Shown here: positions 1-12,500 of the stretch, in pieces | How the letters are laid out: each line of letters starts with the position of its first letter | How positions within the stretch are numbered: position 1 is the stretch's first letter | Origin: Protoeuglena noctilucae | Taxonomy: Eukaryota | Assembly: GCA_958009085.1 (NCBI GenBank) | Contig: OY253681.1 | Coordinates: 868,001 to 932,000, forward strand | DNA length: 64,000 bases | Direction: 5' to 3' | Made by a program: the position numbers and the translations under genes | The notes under the pieces: model-generated | The model's database searches: none | What the model was told of the DNA's origin: nothing | What the model saw: the letters and a program-made list of their open reading frames with translations, nothing else

Positions 1-111
1 ATGCACGACTCGATGAGAGCGCAGCGCAGTTCATATCCGTTGGCCCCTCCCCTCTCCATCGCCACCCCACCCCACCCCACCCCATCCACCACCCAACCCC
101 CCCATTCACAG

Positions 112-3100
112 CGAAGCCAAAGAGCGTCTGTTGAGAGACGTTCTGGCAGAGGATTCTGGCATAGTGATTACTACCTACGAGCACGTGAAGCTGTTCGCGG
201 ACGTGCTGCTCCCCGTCAGCTGGGGCTACGTGGTGTTGGACGAGGGTCACAAGATTCGAAACCCCGACGCGGACGTCACCGTGGTGTGCAAGCAGATGCG
301 CACGGTGCACAGGTGAGGGCGGAGATGAGAGGGGGCGACACCAGTCAAGTGCACACAGAGATGCTCTTTCACTCACCCTCAACCCCAACCACCCACCCTT
401 CACCCCCAGGCTCCTCCTCTCCGGCTCCCCCATTCAAAATTCCCTGGTGGAGCTCTGGTCTCTGTTTGACTTCGTCTTCCCCGGCCGGCTGGGCACCCTA
501 CCCGTGTTCACGCAGCAGTTCGTGGACGCCATACAGGCGAGGAGTGATTAGTTACTAAATAGTGACTATTATCGTTTATATTTACTACTGATTTGCGGGA
601 TGAGATGGTAACGCTTGCACTCCTCACCACCTTAACCACCCCATCTCCCACCACCCCATCCCTCACCCCCCACCCCTACACACAGAGCGGCGGCTACGTC
701 AATGCCTCCAAGCTGCAAGTGGCCACCGCCTATCGGTGCGCTGTGGTGCTGCGCGACCTCATCGCCCCCTACCTCTTACGGCGGCTCAAATCGGACGTGT
801 CGCTGCAGCTGCCCGACAAGACGGAGCACGTGCTCTTCTGCCAGCTCACGCCGGAGCAGAGGGCGCAGTACCTGGGTGAGTTGGATAGCAGCGCTAGTAA
901 TGGCGATGGCAGTGCTTGGGTGAGTTGAATAGCAGTGATGGCAATACATGGGTGAGACAGTAGCTACATCAACGGTGGCATTTACCACAGCCATCACCGT
1001 CACGCATGCATGTTCCATTATCTTCCCACCCCCCCCCCCCCCCCCCCCCCCAAGCGTACCTGGGCACCTCCGAGGTGGCCCGCATCGTGAGCGGGGAGCT
1101 GCACGCGCTGGCGGGCATCGGGGTGTTGCGCAAGATATGCAACCACCCCGACTTGCTGAGCCGGGTGTCGATGGCGGGGGAGGCTGCGTATGGGGACCCG
1201 GAGAGGTCGGGGAAGCTGAGGGTCACGGCGAGGGTGCTGCAGATGTGGGCGGAGCAGGGGCACAGGTGAGGGGTATGGGTGGGGGTTGGTGCGGTTGGGG
1301 TTGTGACATGAGGGGTGGGGGTGAGATGAGGGGTGTTGTAGATGTGAGCAGAACCTCAATGCATGCACTTACCAGGAAGTGCAAAATGCACAGACCCCAC
1401 CTCTCACTCCCCCTCTCCCCCCCCACCCACGCAGAGCTCTGGTCTTCACGCAGACGCAGCAGATGCTCGACATCTTGGAGAAGGCCACGCAGTCGCTGGG
1501 GCTGCGGTACATGCGCATGGACGGCAACACGGCGGTGCGCGTGCGGGCGAGGATGGTCGACGTGTTTAACAGCGATGAGAGCATGGCGGTGTTCCTGCTC
1601 ACCACGCGCGTGGGGGGGCTGGGGGTCAATCTCACAGGTGAGGGATGGAGAGATGCGGAGATTGTGTATGTATTACTATTGTTATGATTGATATGTTTGA
1701 TACTCGTTGCTGCGGATGGCATCAGATTGGCGGTACAGATTGACACAGCCGCACGAGTCAAGCGCACATTCGCTCTTTTTGCACATGGGACGACTCAAAT
1801 TCCACAACACCATTGTACTTTACGTGTCAGTACACTCTACATGATATGCTATTGTGATATCCCATATCTATCGCAGGTGCCGACCGTGTCCTGCTCTACG
1901 ACCCCGACTGGAACCCCATGACGGACGTGCAGGCGCGGGAGAGGGCGTGGCGCGTGGGGCAGAGGCGGCAGGTCACCATCTACCGACTCATCACGAGCGG
2001 GACCATCGAGGAGAAGATTTACCACAGGTGGGGATGCATGTGTGTGTGTGTGTGTGTGTGTGAGATGACGCGACTCGCAACGCACATTGCGTGCGGTGGA
2101 GTTGCGCTACAGGACGCGTGCTATTGCTCTCGTAATCAACAGTGGCCTGCGCTGAAGCCATCTGCGATACCATTACTACTACCACCACCACTCCTCCCCA
2201 CCCCTTCCACCCACCCCTGCATCCCTCGCTGTCGCAGGCAGGTGTACAAGCAATACACACATAAACAATCATATGCTTCCCCCCCCCCATTGCTGTCGCA
2301 GGCAGGTGTACAAGCAGTACCTGACCAGCCGCGTCCTCAAGGACCCCCGGCAGCGTCGATTCTTCCAGTCACGAGATTTGAAGGATCTCTTCACATTGGG
2401 GGACACGCGGGGGGGCGGGGAGACCCACAGGGTGCTAAAAGGGGTGCAGGGGAGGATCGAAGCCCCGACCGGTGACGGCGGGGGTGACGATGGGGGTGAC
2501 GGTGGGGGCGAGGGTGGGAGGGGTGGCTCTGTGCCGCAGAGCGAGCGGGAGCGTGAGGGTGGGGCTGGGGAGGGGCAAGCTGGGCCGTCCATGGGGGTGG
2601 CAATGGGGCAAGGGGCGGTGGGTGGAGACGAGGAATTGGATCCACAAGCGCTGGCGGAGGTGGGGGGCACGCTGGAACAGCATGCGGTGCGGGGAACGGG
2701 CGACGGTGCGGGTGCGGGTGCGGGTGCAGGTAATACCGAGGGTGGCGCGGATGCGGGTGTGGGCCCGTCGTCTGTCTCTCGTTCTCAAAAAGACGACGCG
2801 AGGGTGCTGCGTGAGTTGTTCGAGGGGCGCGGGATAGGGGGCGCGTTGGATCACAACGCAGTCGAGGCGGGGGCGGTGGATGGCGGGGGTGCGAGGGTGG
2901 TGGAGGCCGAAGCAGCGAGGGCGGCGAGAGCGGCGGCACAGGCGCTGAGAGAGTCGAGGCGCGCGTGTGGATCGGCGCCTGTGAGCACGCCCACGTGGAC
3001 GGGGCGGACGGGGGCGGCGGGGAGGTTCGGGGCACGGAGGAGGTGAGGGGTCGGGGTGGTGGGGTGGGTGAGGGCGGTGCAAGAGATGGGTGTGGGGGAG

Positions 3101-3594
3101 GTGTGGGGGAGGTGCGGGGGGTGGGTAGATGGTCGTGTGAGGCGCACATATCTACTCAAGTGCCCATGAATGCTGATTAACTGCCCCCGCCATCTCTTGC
3201 CCCTCCTTTGCACCCCATGCGCTTGCGGCACCCATCCCACCCTACTCACCCACCTGCACCTTCCCCAACCCCCCGCAGAGCCGGCACTAATGCCAGTGCG
3301 TCCGGCAGCTCCCTGCTGCAGCAGATGCGGGAGCGGCGGGCGCGGGACACGCTGCAATCGGAGTTGGGGCCCGCGGGGCTGCGGACGGCGGCGGCAGAGC
3401 TCGCGGGGCAGCTGGCGAGGTTTCTGGCGGAGAGGGGCGGGCGGGCATCGTCGGCAGAGGTGGCGGAGGCCTTTCAGGGAAGAGTGGGGGCCGACCACGC
3501 GAATGTGCTTCGGGAGTGTCTCAGGCAGGTGGCCGAGCTGAGGCGCAGCGAGGGCGGGGGGAAGGCGTGGGTGCTGCGGGACGAGTTCACTTGA
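112..3594 (+). CDS. ERCC6: SNF2-family helicase CSB/ERCC6/RAD26 (plant CHR8-like), 5' partial, 8 exons in window
   Basis: Spliced exons give [129 protein letters not shown] and a C-terminal winged-helix-like end WVLRDEFT*. Stop TGA 3592-3594. Confidence 0.95.
1029..1051 (+). repeat. poly-C tract (23 nt) directly upstream of an AAG acceptor
   Basis: Homopolymer seen directly. A similar 19-C tract at 11874-11892 precedes a DRP3 acceptor. Confidence 0.9.
2039..2062 (+). repeat. (TG)12 microsatellite in ERCC6 intron
   Basis: Seen directly. Confidence 0.9.
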
Positions 3595-3756
3595 CGGATG
3601 CGGAGCGACGCTTTGCTTGGTCTCTGCCAGCATCGCATGCTTACGAGTACGCATATGTCTACGCTTTCATCCTTTCCAGTCCCGACACACCGGCAGTCGC
3701 ACTCCACACAGCCTGCTTGAAACATGGAGTCCATTCAAGCACACAGCAGCGCCCCC

Positions 3757-4632
3757 TCAGTCGCCCAGTGCCAGCCCCTCGCGTGCCACAATGCTCCCTG
3801 TGCGTTGGGTGGGCGAAGGAGACCGCCTGCGCTTGCCCCCCGCCTGCTTCGCCACCCCGTTCGCGGCCCCGCTGTCCGACAGCACTCCCTTGCAGTTCCC
3901 ACCGATGGTAGCGGCGTCCTTGGACGACGTTTGCCGAGCCTGGGTTTGACCCTCGGCCGATGCAGGGTGGTTGCGGCTGCGTGCGACGGATGCACGGCCG
4001 ACGCTCGCATCACGTTCACCACTCCCACGACCTCTCCCATGGCCATCTTATCCGCGATATGCGATCATCACGGCATCGATCCTCACCCGAAGGCGGCGCG
4101 GGCGAGCTGGGCGGCGTATCCTTCCAGTGTTTCCATCGTCTGATCCCAGGACCCCGCCTGGCCCTGAGTCAGGGCCGAGAGGCGCGCGGAGGCGCGGGGG
4201 GGCTCCCGCGTCGCGATCGGCACGGGCGGGCCCGGATCCGGGCGCGAGCGGTGGACGACTTCCCTCGCACGGCGCGCGAAGTCCGCCACGATGAAGCGGA
4301 CCCTCGCTTGATGCTCCTGGTACTCGCGGTCCAGCGAGCGTCCAAGGAGAAGGCTCATGCCCTCGATGTCCACCAGCGCGTCGTACTGGGCCACATCGGA
4401 CGCCGGGGGGCGATCCTCGGGCCGCTCCTGGGAACGCAGCTCAGGCCGTCGCTCGGGACCCGAGGCCTCCGCGGAGCTCGCGCCGCGGCCTGCGGACGTC
4501 GCGAGGGAGACAAGGAGGTCGAAGAGATTTCATCGAGATGCCGCGGGAATACCGTCGGATGCGCAGAAGAAGGATGGGGGACTCAGCGTGCACGGCGCCT
4601 TCTGCGCGTCCCTGCAGCTCGCCTGGATCCAT
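3757..4632 (-). CDS. hypothetical protein (~210 aa), 3 exons
   Basis: ATG 4632. A 10-nt first exon (MDP-G) is followed by a GC-AG intron 4490-4622. Exon 2 reads ...DVAQYDALVDIEGMSLLLGRSLDREYQEHQARVRFIVADFARR... with a GTGAG donor at 4086. The last exon contains KRRRSPSP and ends at TGA 3757-3759. Phases are compatible; no recognised family. Confidence 0.5.
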
Positions 4633-4948
4633 GGCGCCGTGGGATGATTATTTGAGCTTTCCAGAACTAGTAGAGATCCTAGTCGTCCTGCCAAGCGGAC
4701 CAAGGAAGTGCACACAAAGCGTAGACTTCAAAAGCCTGAACGCGGCGGCGAAGCGTCGAAAACGCCGATCGTCTCACTCTGCACACTCTCCGAGCTTCAC
4801 ACAAGCGATGGGAATGCACAGCAAGCCGTATCTCGCGGTTCCCGCCGCGACCCGATCGGTGTAAGCCCTGCGCCAGAGAGGGACGCCGGCGCCCCTCGCC
4901 GGCCAAGGCTCCCGAGGCGCGATGCACCTCGCGCATACCTCAGCAGCC

Positions 4949-6494
4949 ATGGCAAGTCACGTCGTCGCCTTCGTGGGCGTCCCGGCCCATGCGCCGTGCC
5001 TGTCGCGGCCCCAGCCGCGGCGCCACGTGCTGCGCGCGGCGCCTCCTCCCCGCTGGGTCCGCAGCCGAGATGCGGGGGCACGGAGGGTATGTGCGACTCC
5101 CGAAGCGCAAAACGCCGGGCCCGTCGACGACAGCCTCGAGGCCAAGATCGACGTGAGCGTGGATCGGGGACCCACCCATCAACCTGCAAGCCGCGCGTCG
5201 CACGCCCTCCAGCGCAGCGCCTTAGTGGGCGCGCACAACCTTCTCTTCTTTGTGCATCTAGCTGTGCCGTTCGGCGCCCGATCCCGGCGCCCATCCGCGG
5301 CGTGGGGACCGAAGCCGCACCCGCCCCCGTCCGCAGGCGCTGTCGACGTCCATCAACGACGCCACGAACGGCGTCTCAATCTACTTGCTCGGAATGATGG
5401 GTTCCGGCAAGAGCACCGTGGGCCGTCTGCTCAGCAAGGCACTCGGGTACTATTTCTTCGACACGGACGAGCTGATTGAGAAGCTCGCGGGCAAGTCCGT
5501 GTCGCAGATATTCGCTGAGGTGGGGGAGCAGGAGTTCCGGGATATGGAGACGGAGGTCCTGAAGGCGAGCGGAGGGCGGCGGGGGCGGCGTCGCGCGGGG
5601 GCGATGCGCGGAGCGCAGCAACGGCATCGGCCCGGCGGGAGCGCGCCCTGCCCCGCCCGTGCCCTCAGGAGCTCGCGCCTTACAAGCGTTGCATCGTGTC
5701 TACGGGCGGCGGGGTGCCCGTGCGGCGAGAGAACTGGGGCCACATGAACCACGGCATCACGGTTTGGCTGCACGGGGACGTGTCGCTGCTGGCACGGAGA
5801 GTGGCGCGGGACGGGGCGGAGAAGCGGCCGCTGGTGAGCTCACGCGCCAAGCAATCTAGCGGGTGGCGGCGGGCGTGCCTGGGCACCGACTGCACCTGCT
5901 CACTCCCGCCTTGCTCGCTCGTGCCCGCAGGTGGGGTCTGCGGAGGGCGAGGGGCAGGACGAAGTGGAGCGAGTTCGGGAGAAGCTGGCGGGGATTTTGG
6001 AGCAGCGGAAGGATGTGTACAAGTGAGCGGCAGCCTAGCAGGGAGCCTGTGCTTTCAGGTGGCTAGGACTGCATTCATGTTGCTGTGACTGCAGTCGACC
6101 CAACCCAGTTAACAACTGAGGGCGCTTGCACGTGCAGGCTGGCGGATCTGGAGGTCCGGCTGGAGGGCGAGGATGGGGAGGAGATGGGGGCGCCGACGGC
6201 GATGGTGGCGTGGCGGGTGAGCTGTGCTGCGCGGCTTGGCTACCGCACCCGAGCCATTGGACATGGATCGACTTCGGCACTTGGTCGTGTGTAATAGTCG
6301 AACATGACATGACATACACATGACGTGACGAACACGGCTTGTCTCTGCTGCAGGTGTTGGCTTCTTTGGACAAGCGCATCCGCAAGGACGCCGCCGAACG
6401 GGAGCGAAGGCGCGAGTTCCAAATCGTGGATGAGTCGTCGGTTCCCAACATGCGGGTCGTCGACCAGTGGCCCACGGACTCCAAGCAGCCGTGA
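4949..6494 (+). CDS. shikimate kinase, probably plastid-targeted, 6 exons
   Basis: [15 protein letters not shown] (P-loop), [42 protein letters not shown] motif. The Ala/Arg/Ser-rich N-terminus resembles a transit peptide. Confidence 0.93.
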
Positions 6495-6998
6495 TGCGGG
6501 TTGCGGCGGCTCGGGCTGCTCGCAAGGCTCGTGTCCCACTGTGGCCCACAGGCAGACGCCGTGCCATGTGCAGTTCGCGACTCTCAGTTTGAATTTCCTA
6601 GGGGTTCCTGAGAGATGCGACAGCGACCGCGTCGCTGAGCCCGCCGGGGAGGTGCGAGCGCCCGCCTAGTCGAGACAAACAGGCACAGCGGGGACGGGGC
6701 GGGGGGGCGGGAATCGGCCATTACCGGCGTTTGACGCCGGCAGAGCATGGGCCGAGCGAGCCCCGGCGGTCCTGGCGGCGAGCCCAGGCCGCGAGGGCAA
6801 GCGGCAAGCAGAGATGGGCTGCAATGGCCCGAGCACTAGCAGGAGGGGCGGTCAATGAGCCGCCCGCATCCGTATCACGACAGCGCCCGCCAGAGGACAC
6901 CTCGGGCATCGCGCCCTTGGGTAAGGGAAATGGAGACAAGACCTGTCACAGCAAAGCATCCCATACGTGAGAGGAGCGACGAGGGACGGACCCCGGGG

Positions 6999-8933
6999 TC
7001 AGTCCTCGCCCCTTCGTGCGCCCCCCCGTTGCCGTAGCAGCGCCCGCCACTCCTCGTCGACCGCCCGGCTCAGTCCGCAGTTGCGCATGGTGAGCCGCGC
7101 CAGGCCGAGGTTCCGCTTGGCGGCCCCCAGCAGCAGCTCTGCCCCCGCGTCCCCGATCGGCGCATCGTCGCACTCTAGCGATAAGAGCCCCGTCGCCACC
7201 GCCACCCCGTCCGCCAGGCGCCGCACGCCCTCGACGGGGATGACGTTGCCGCCCACGACCAAGCGCTGCGGGGGCCAGGGGAGGTGTAGGCGTCATGGCA
7301 TGGCGCCTGTCACCACACGCGATGCGCCCTTTCAACTCATTGGTGCAACACACGTCGTCAATGCATTCGTCTTGACTCAGACATACTCGCCAACAACGGC
7401 ATCTTCCCCGGCCATTCCCTCACCTGTATCCCCGGCACCTTCTCGAGCATCTGCCCCAGTGCCTCGGTCCCCCCCTCGCGCATGCCCGTGTTGCCCACGT
7501 CCAGTTTCTCCGGCCCCACCGCGGGGTTGCTGGCCAGCGCGAGCGCCACGGCCGCAACGCCCTTGTCCTTGATCACGTTACCGGACAGGACGAGCACGAT
7601 CGGCCGCAGCGAGCCCTCCCGCATGAGCCGTGCCAGCACTGCTGCACCCTTCTCCGTCATGGCGTTGTTACCCACGTCCAGTCGGTCCAACTTGCCCCCC
7701 ACGGCCGTCAGCGCCTTGAACAGCGCGACCAGGTCCGCGTCGCCGAGCTGCAGAGGGGGCGAAGAGAGCGGGCGCGTCACGGTGCGTGCGCCTCACTGCT
7801 CACGCCAAGCACCGCGAGAAATGTCCAAAGGCTTTGGAGTAGCGACCTGCGTGGGAACATTGGGAGAAACGCAGCGATAGGGCGCGGCTCGCCTTGCAGT
7901 CCCGAAGGCGGATGGTGCGGAGGTTGCGGGTCGTCGGCGGGACGAGCGCCGCCAGCGCCTTCGGGCTCTGGGGGCTCCGGAATGGATTTCCACTCAAATC
8001 CAGCGACTGTATGACTTGACTCCGGCCCAGGAGGTCCCCTGCGAGAGTGGACAGGACCGTGCTCTCGCCCACGCGCCCCCACGAGCCGCAGCTCCACGGC
8101 GGGGCGCGAGCGGCGCGACGAAGCAACGGGGGATGTGACTCGCGGCGTTGGGGAGCGGGGCGTCGCGGGGGAGGGGCCGCGGGGGCACGGCGGGGCGCGG
8201 TAGGCACGCCGCTCACCGATACTGTACAGCGCCGAGTCCGTGAGGCCGTTGTTGGACAGGTCGAGGCTCGTGACGGTGACATTGTGCTTGAGGGCCTGCA
8301 AGAGGGGCTCCAAGCCCCGGACGCCGAGGCCGTAGGACGCGGCGTTAATGGAGCTTGTCCCGAGCTCTGTCGTGATGGGACCTGCGGCAGGGGACGCGCC
8401 GAGGCACTCGCGGTTCCGTTTGGACCCTGGGGTGCTCGCGCGGGGACGGGCGGGGGCGGGCCGCCACGGGGGGCGCCATCGCGGGCCGGGAAGGAGCCCC
8501 AGGGCTGGCCCACCTGAGGGGGCGACGCCCAGGCGATCGCACTCGGACTGGTAGGTCGCCCGGCCGTATTCATCGTCCCCGCCGAGGTCCAGCTCGGAAT
8601 CGGAGGTAACTGCGGGCCGGCGAGGCGAGCGCCTGTCGCGAAATGTTCCGAATGGCGGGCGGGCGGGGGCAGCGGGGGGCCCGCCCGGCGCGCTCCGGAG
8701 CAACAGAAGGTCGAATTCTCACCCTCCGAGTCCGTCTCCTCCTCGAACCCCAGCCAGGCGCCCCGGCGGAACATGCTCTCGAGCTTGGCTGGTGCGCCGG
8801 CATATCGGGGCGAATGAATCTCATCCGGTGAGCCCACCGGCTGCGGCTGGGCCTCGGGAGGCTCCCTGCCGCGCCTGCCCCGGGCCCCCAGCCTCTTCAC
8901 CGACCCCGAGAGATTGCGCAGCAGAGCCGCCAT
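6999..8933 (-). CDS. RNI-like leucine-rich repeat protein, LRRC74-like
   Basis: YQSECDRLGVAPS..YGLGVRGLEPLLQALKHNVTVTSLDLSNNGL, SLDLSGNPF, RLDVGNNAM, LVLSGNVIKDKGV. Exon phases are consistent. Start codon uncertain; the LRRC74 label is from recalled similarity. Confidence 0.8.
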
Positions 8934-9589
8934 CTCCCCCGCCCCGGTCCCCCCTCGCCACGTCAATGGTTCCTCCTCGCCACGTCAGCGCGCGCGGCCC
9001 GCCTCCTCGCAAGGAATTGGCTGACACATCCTCTGCACCGGTGCGCGCTCGCAGGGCCCCCCTGCTGGGGCACTAGGGCGGGTCGCCCGGAGCGCCGCTG
9101 GGCCTGGCGCACTATCAGCCACCAATCTACACGCCAGCGGGGGCGAGGCTTGTGCTAGCGTCGGGGTACGGCCGGGACGCGCTTTTTTGCTCGCTCGAGC
9201 TATTCTGTCGAGAGCTTGGAGTGCAGCCTAGAACGTGTACTTCACAACGCGGAGTCTGGAGAGGCAACTGGCCCCAGCCCCGTGATGCGCGCCCCCGCCG
9301 ATTCTGACATCGAAGTGCCAGAGCGCGACATCACGCCTGCCTCGCTACGTTGAAAACTCACTACGCAATACGACGCAGGCACTCGACGACGTCGCCCTCG
9401 GCTCGGACATCTTCGGGTGCTGAAAGCCCCTCTTGGCCCCTGGCCTTCCTACACGGCAGCAGAATACATATCTGCCTGCCTGTCTGAGTCGTCAGCGCAG
9501 CGGCCGTGCCTGGTAGGCTCTGCTGGGCGCCACTTGCCCCCCCCGGGCTGACACAGCGTGGACGGGGCTCGCCGCGCGTCGTCTGAGCC

Positions 9590-12500
9590 ATGGCGCACGG
9601 CGAGGCGGGCGAGGCCAGCGTGGGGCTTGGCGAGCTCCTCATCCCCGCCATCAACCGCCTCCAGGATGTGTTCAGCCAGGTGCGCCGGAGGTCGTTGTTG
9701 ATCGAGAGGCCCTTTCCGCGCTCGCGACACGATGGCCGGGGAGCGCAAGCATGTCGATTGGTTCGCACATGTCGTCGCGCAGGAGTGCGCCAGACGAACC
9801 TGGCGTGGCCCCGGCCGCGCGCGGCGCGCAATGCATGGCCCCCGTCCCCGGGGCAGCCCCGCGCGGGCCGCGCCGCCGCTCCGGCGACCCCGCCCGGCTC
9901 CCCCGCGTCCTTATTTTCCAGTTGATCATCTCTTATATCCCAAACGCCCCCTCCGCAGGCCCAGCTCGACTTCACGCTCGACCTGCCCCAGGTCGCGGTG
10001 GTGGGATCGCAGTCCGCGGGGAAGTCGTCGGTCCTGGAGGCTCTGGTTGGTAGGGACTTTCTCCCACGCGGTCCCGACATCTGCACGCGCCGGCCGCTCG
10101 TCCTGCAGCTGGTCAAGCACCGGCCGCGGTGAGTCGCGGGCCTTGGTGTGGCGCCGCACTGCTTGGGCCAGGGTTCGCCAGCCCACAACCGCTGATACGT
10201 TCAGTCGCCATGTCTCTTGCTAAAACCACCTCCACTGCCCCGACCGCTACCCTGCTACTACCACCCATGCTCACCCCATCGTCACCCTACCGCTTACCCC
10301 ACACCCACCACCCCACCCCCCAGCTCCGGCCAGCCCGAGGAGTACGGCGAGTTCCTGCACATCCCCGGCCAGCGCTTCACGGATTTCTCCGCGATCTGGG
10401 CGGAGATCGAAGCGGAGACGCAGCGAGTGACCGGGTCCAACCGCGGTGTCTCGGACCGCCCCATTCGCCTGCGTGTCTTCTCCCCACACGTCCTCACCAT
10501 GACCCTCGTGGACCTCCCCGGCGTCACTCGCGTCCCCGTGGGCGACCAGCCGAGCGACATCGAGGAGCGATTGCGGGAGATGATCATGAACTTCATACGC
10601 CACCCCTCCTGCCTCATTCTTGCGGTGTCTCAGGCCAACGTGGACCTGGCCAACTCCGACGCGCTGCAGATGGCCAGGGCCGTCGACCCGGACGGCCAGC
10701 GCACGATCGGGGTGCTCACCAAACTCGACCTGATGGACCGGGGGACGGACGCGGTGGCGGCGCTGGCCAACCGCGTCGTGCCGCTGCGGCTGGGGTACGT
10801 GGGGGTCGTCAACCGGTCCCAGGCGAGAGAGCGCGGGGGGTGATGAGGGGGGTGTATGTGTAAACAGTTTTGGTTGGTCGGTGGGTAGGCGACGGATGAG
10901 CTGCGCGTGGTTGCTGCCGTGCTAGCTTTCTGTTAGCACCCTGTTAGCATCTGCGCTGTCACAAGCACCGGTCATGCACACAAGTCACTCTGCAGGCGAT
11001 GTCCACTCCCGCAATGCTTTCCGAGTAAAACCTCGCTCTTCATCCCCACCCACCCCCCGCAGCACGACATCCAGTCCGGCAAGTCCATGCCCCAGGCGCT
11101 GGCGGACGCGGACGCCTGGTTCGCCTCGCGCCCCGAGTACCGGGAGGTGGGGGACCGGTGCGGGGTGCGCGCCCTGAGCCGCACCATCAGCCACATCCTG
11201 GTGCAGCACATCCACTCGGTGCTGCCACAGCTCAAGCGGCACGTCGAGGGGACGCTCGCGCGGTGAGATTCGGAGCATGACGCAGTGTCACGCTGGCTTG
11301 GTCGGGGGTGGGGCGGGGTGATTGAGGTATGTACACACGAATGATGCACTCTGTGGTGCATAAAGTCATGTGCCATCTCTTGCAAAGCATCTCTGCATCT
11401 CCTCTTAGCATTCACATCGAACGACAGTGGATCGACAATGCCACCCCATGTCTCTCTTGCAGCAAGTCCAAGGAGCTGCTGGGGTATGGGGAGCCCGCGG
11501 GTGCCACGGCCGCGTCCCGTGGCGGCCTGCTGTTGAAGACGATTAGCGAATACGACGGGAGGTTCAAGGCGATGCTGGACGGTCGCAGTGAGGACCTGCC
11601 CGTGTCGGAGCTGGCGGGAGGGGCGCGCATCCGGCACATCTTCCAGGTGATGTGTGATGCGTGGATGAGTGGGGAAGTGGAATGGGTGGAATGGGTGTGT
11701 TCATCGGATGCGATTGGGTGGGGTGTCTGGAGAGGGGTGTATGCATCGGCACATCCTATGCCAACGCCTCTCCTCACACCCAACCCCATCACCCCCCATC
11801 CCATGCCACCCCATCCCCACCCACCCCATCGCCTCCCACCCCATCACCTCTCCTCCCATCCCATGTCACTCATCCCCCCCCCCCCCCCCCCCAGGACATC
11901 TTCAACGGTGCCTTGGATGAGTACGACCCCTCGAGGGACCTCACCGACGCGGAGATCCGCACGGCCATCAAGAACTCGGGGGGGATCAAGGGGTCTCTTA
12001 TGATACCCGAGGTGAGGTTGAGGATAAGGAGTTGTCGATAAAGCATTGGGTTTCTAGTGACAGCATCAAGGGGTCCCTCATCATACCCGAGGTGAGGGGT
12101 AGCATTGGTATGAAGTTATGGAATGGGCATCAAGGGGTCTCTCATGATAGGCTGGGGAGGGCTAGGCAGGAGTAGGGTAGTGCTAACAAGGGGTTTATTA
12201 GAAAACACGGACACACGAGGTGAGGCGGTGGGCGAGCGTGACTGGCAGTGGATGCTGATGCATGAGAGGCCCGCGAGCGACTGTCGCTACACCTGACCAC
12301 TGAGCTTAGACCGAGCGATACGGGGGAGTGGGTGAGGAGCGGGGTTGGCGTGGGGTGGGTTTTGGCAGTGGTGGGGACAGCGTTGCTGCGGTGCTTGCGA
12401 TGCGGCAGATGCCGACGTCGCCGGCAGGTGCCATCGCGCAAGCACGGGAGCAATGCTGTCCCCACCACCGCCACCCTGGAAGCCACCCCGCTCCTCACCT

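Noticed and set aside
543..592. Possible C/D snoRNA (GTGATTA...CTGA) in an AT-rich intron patch
   Set aside because: Imperfect C box, only ~50 nt long, and no recognisable rRNA guide.
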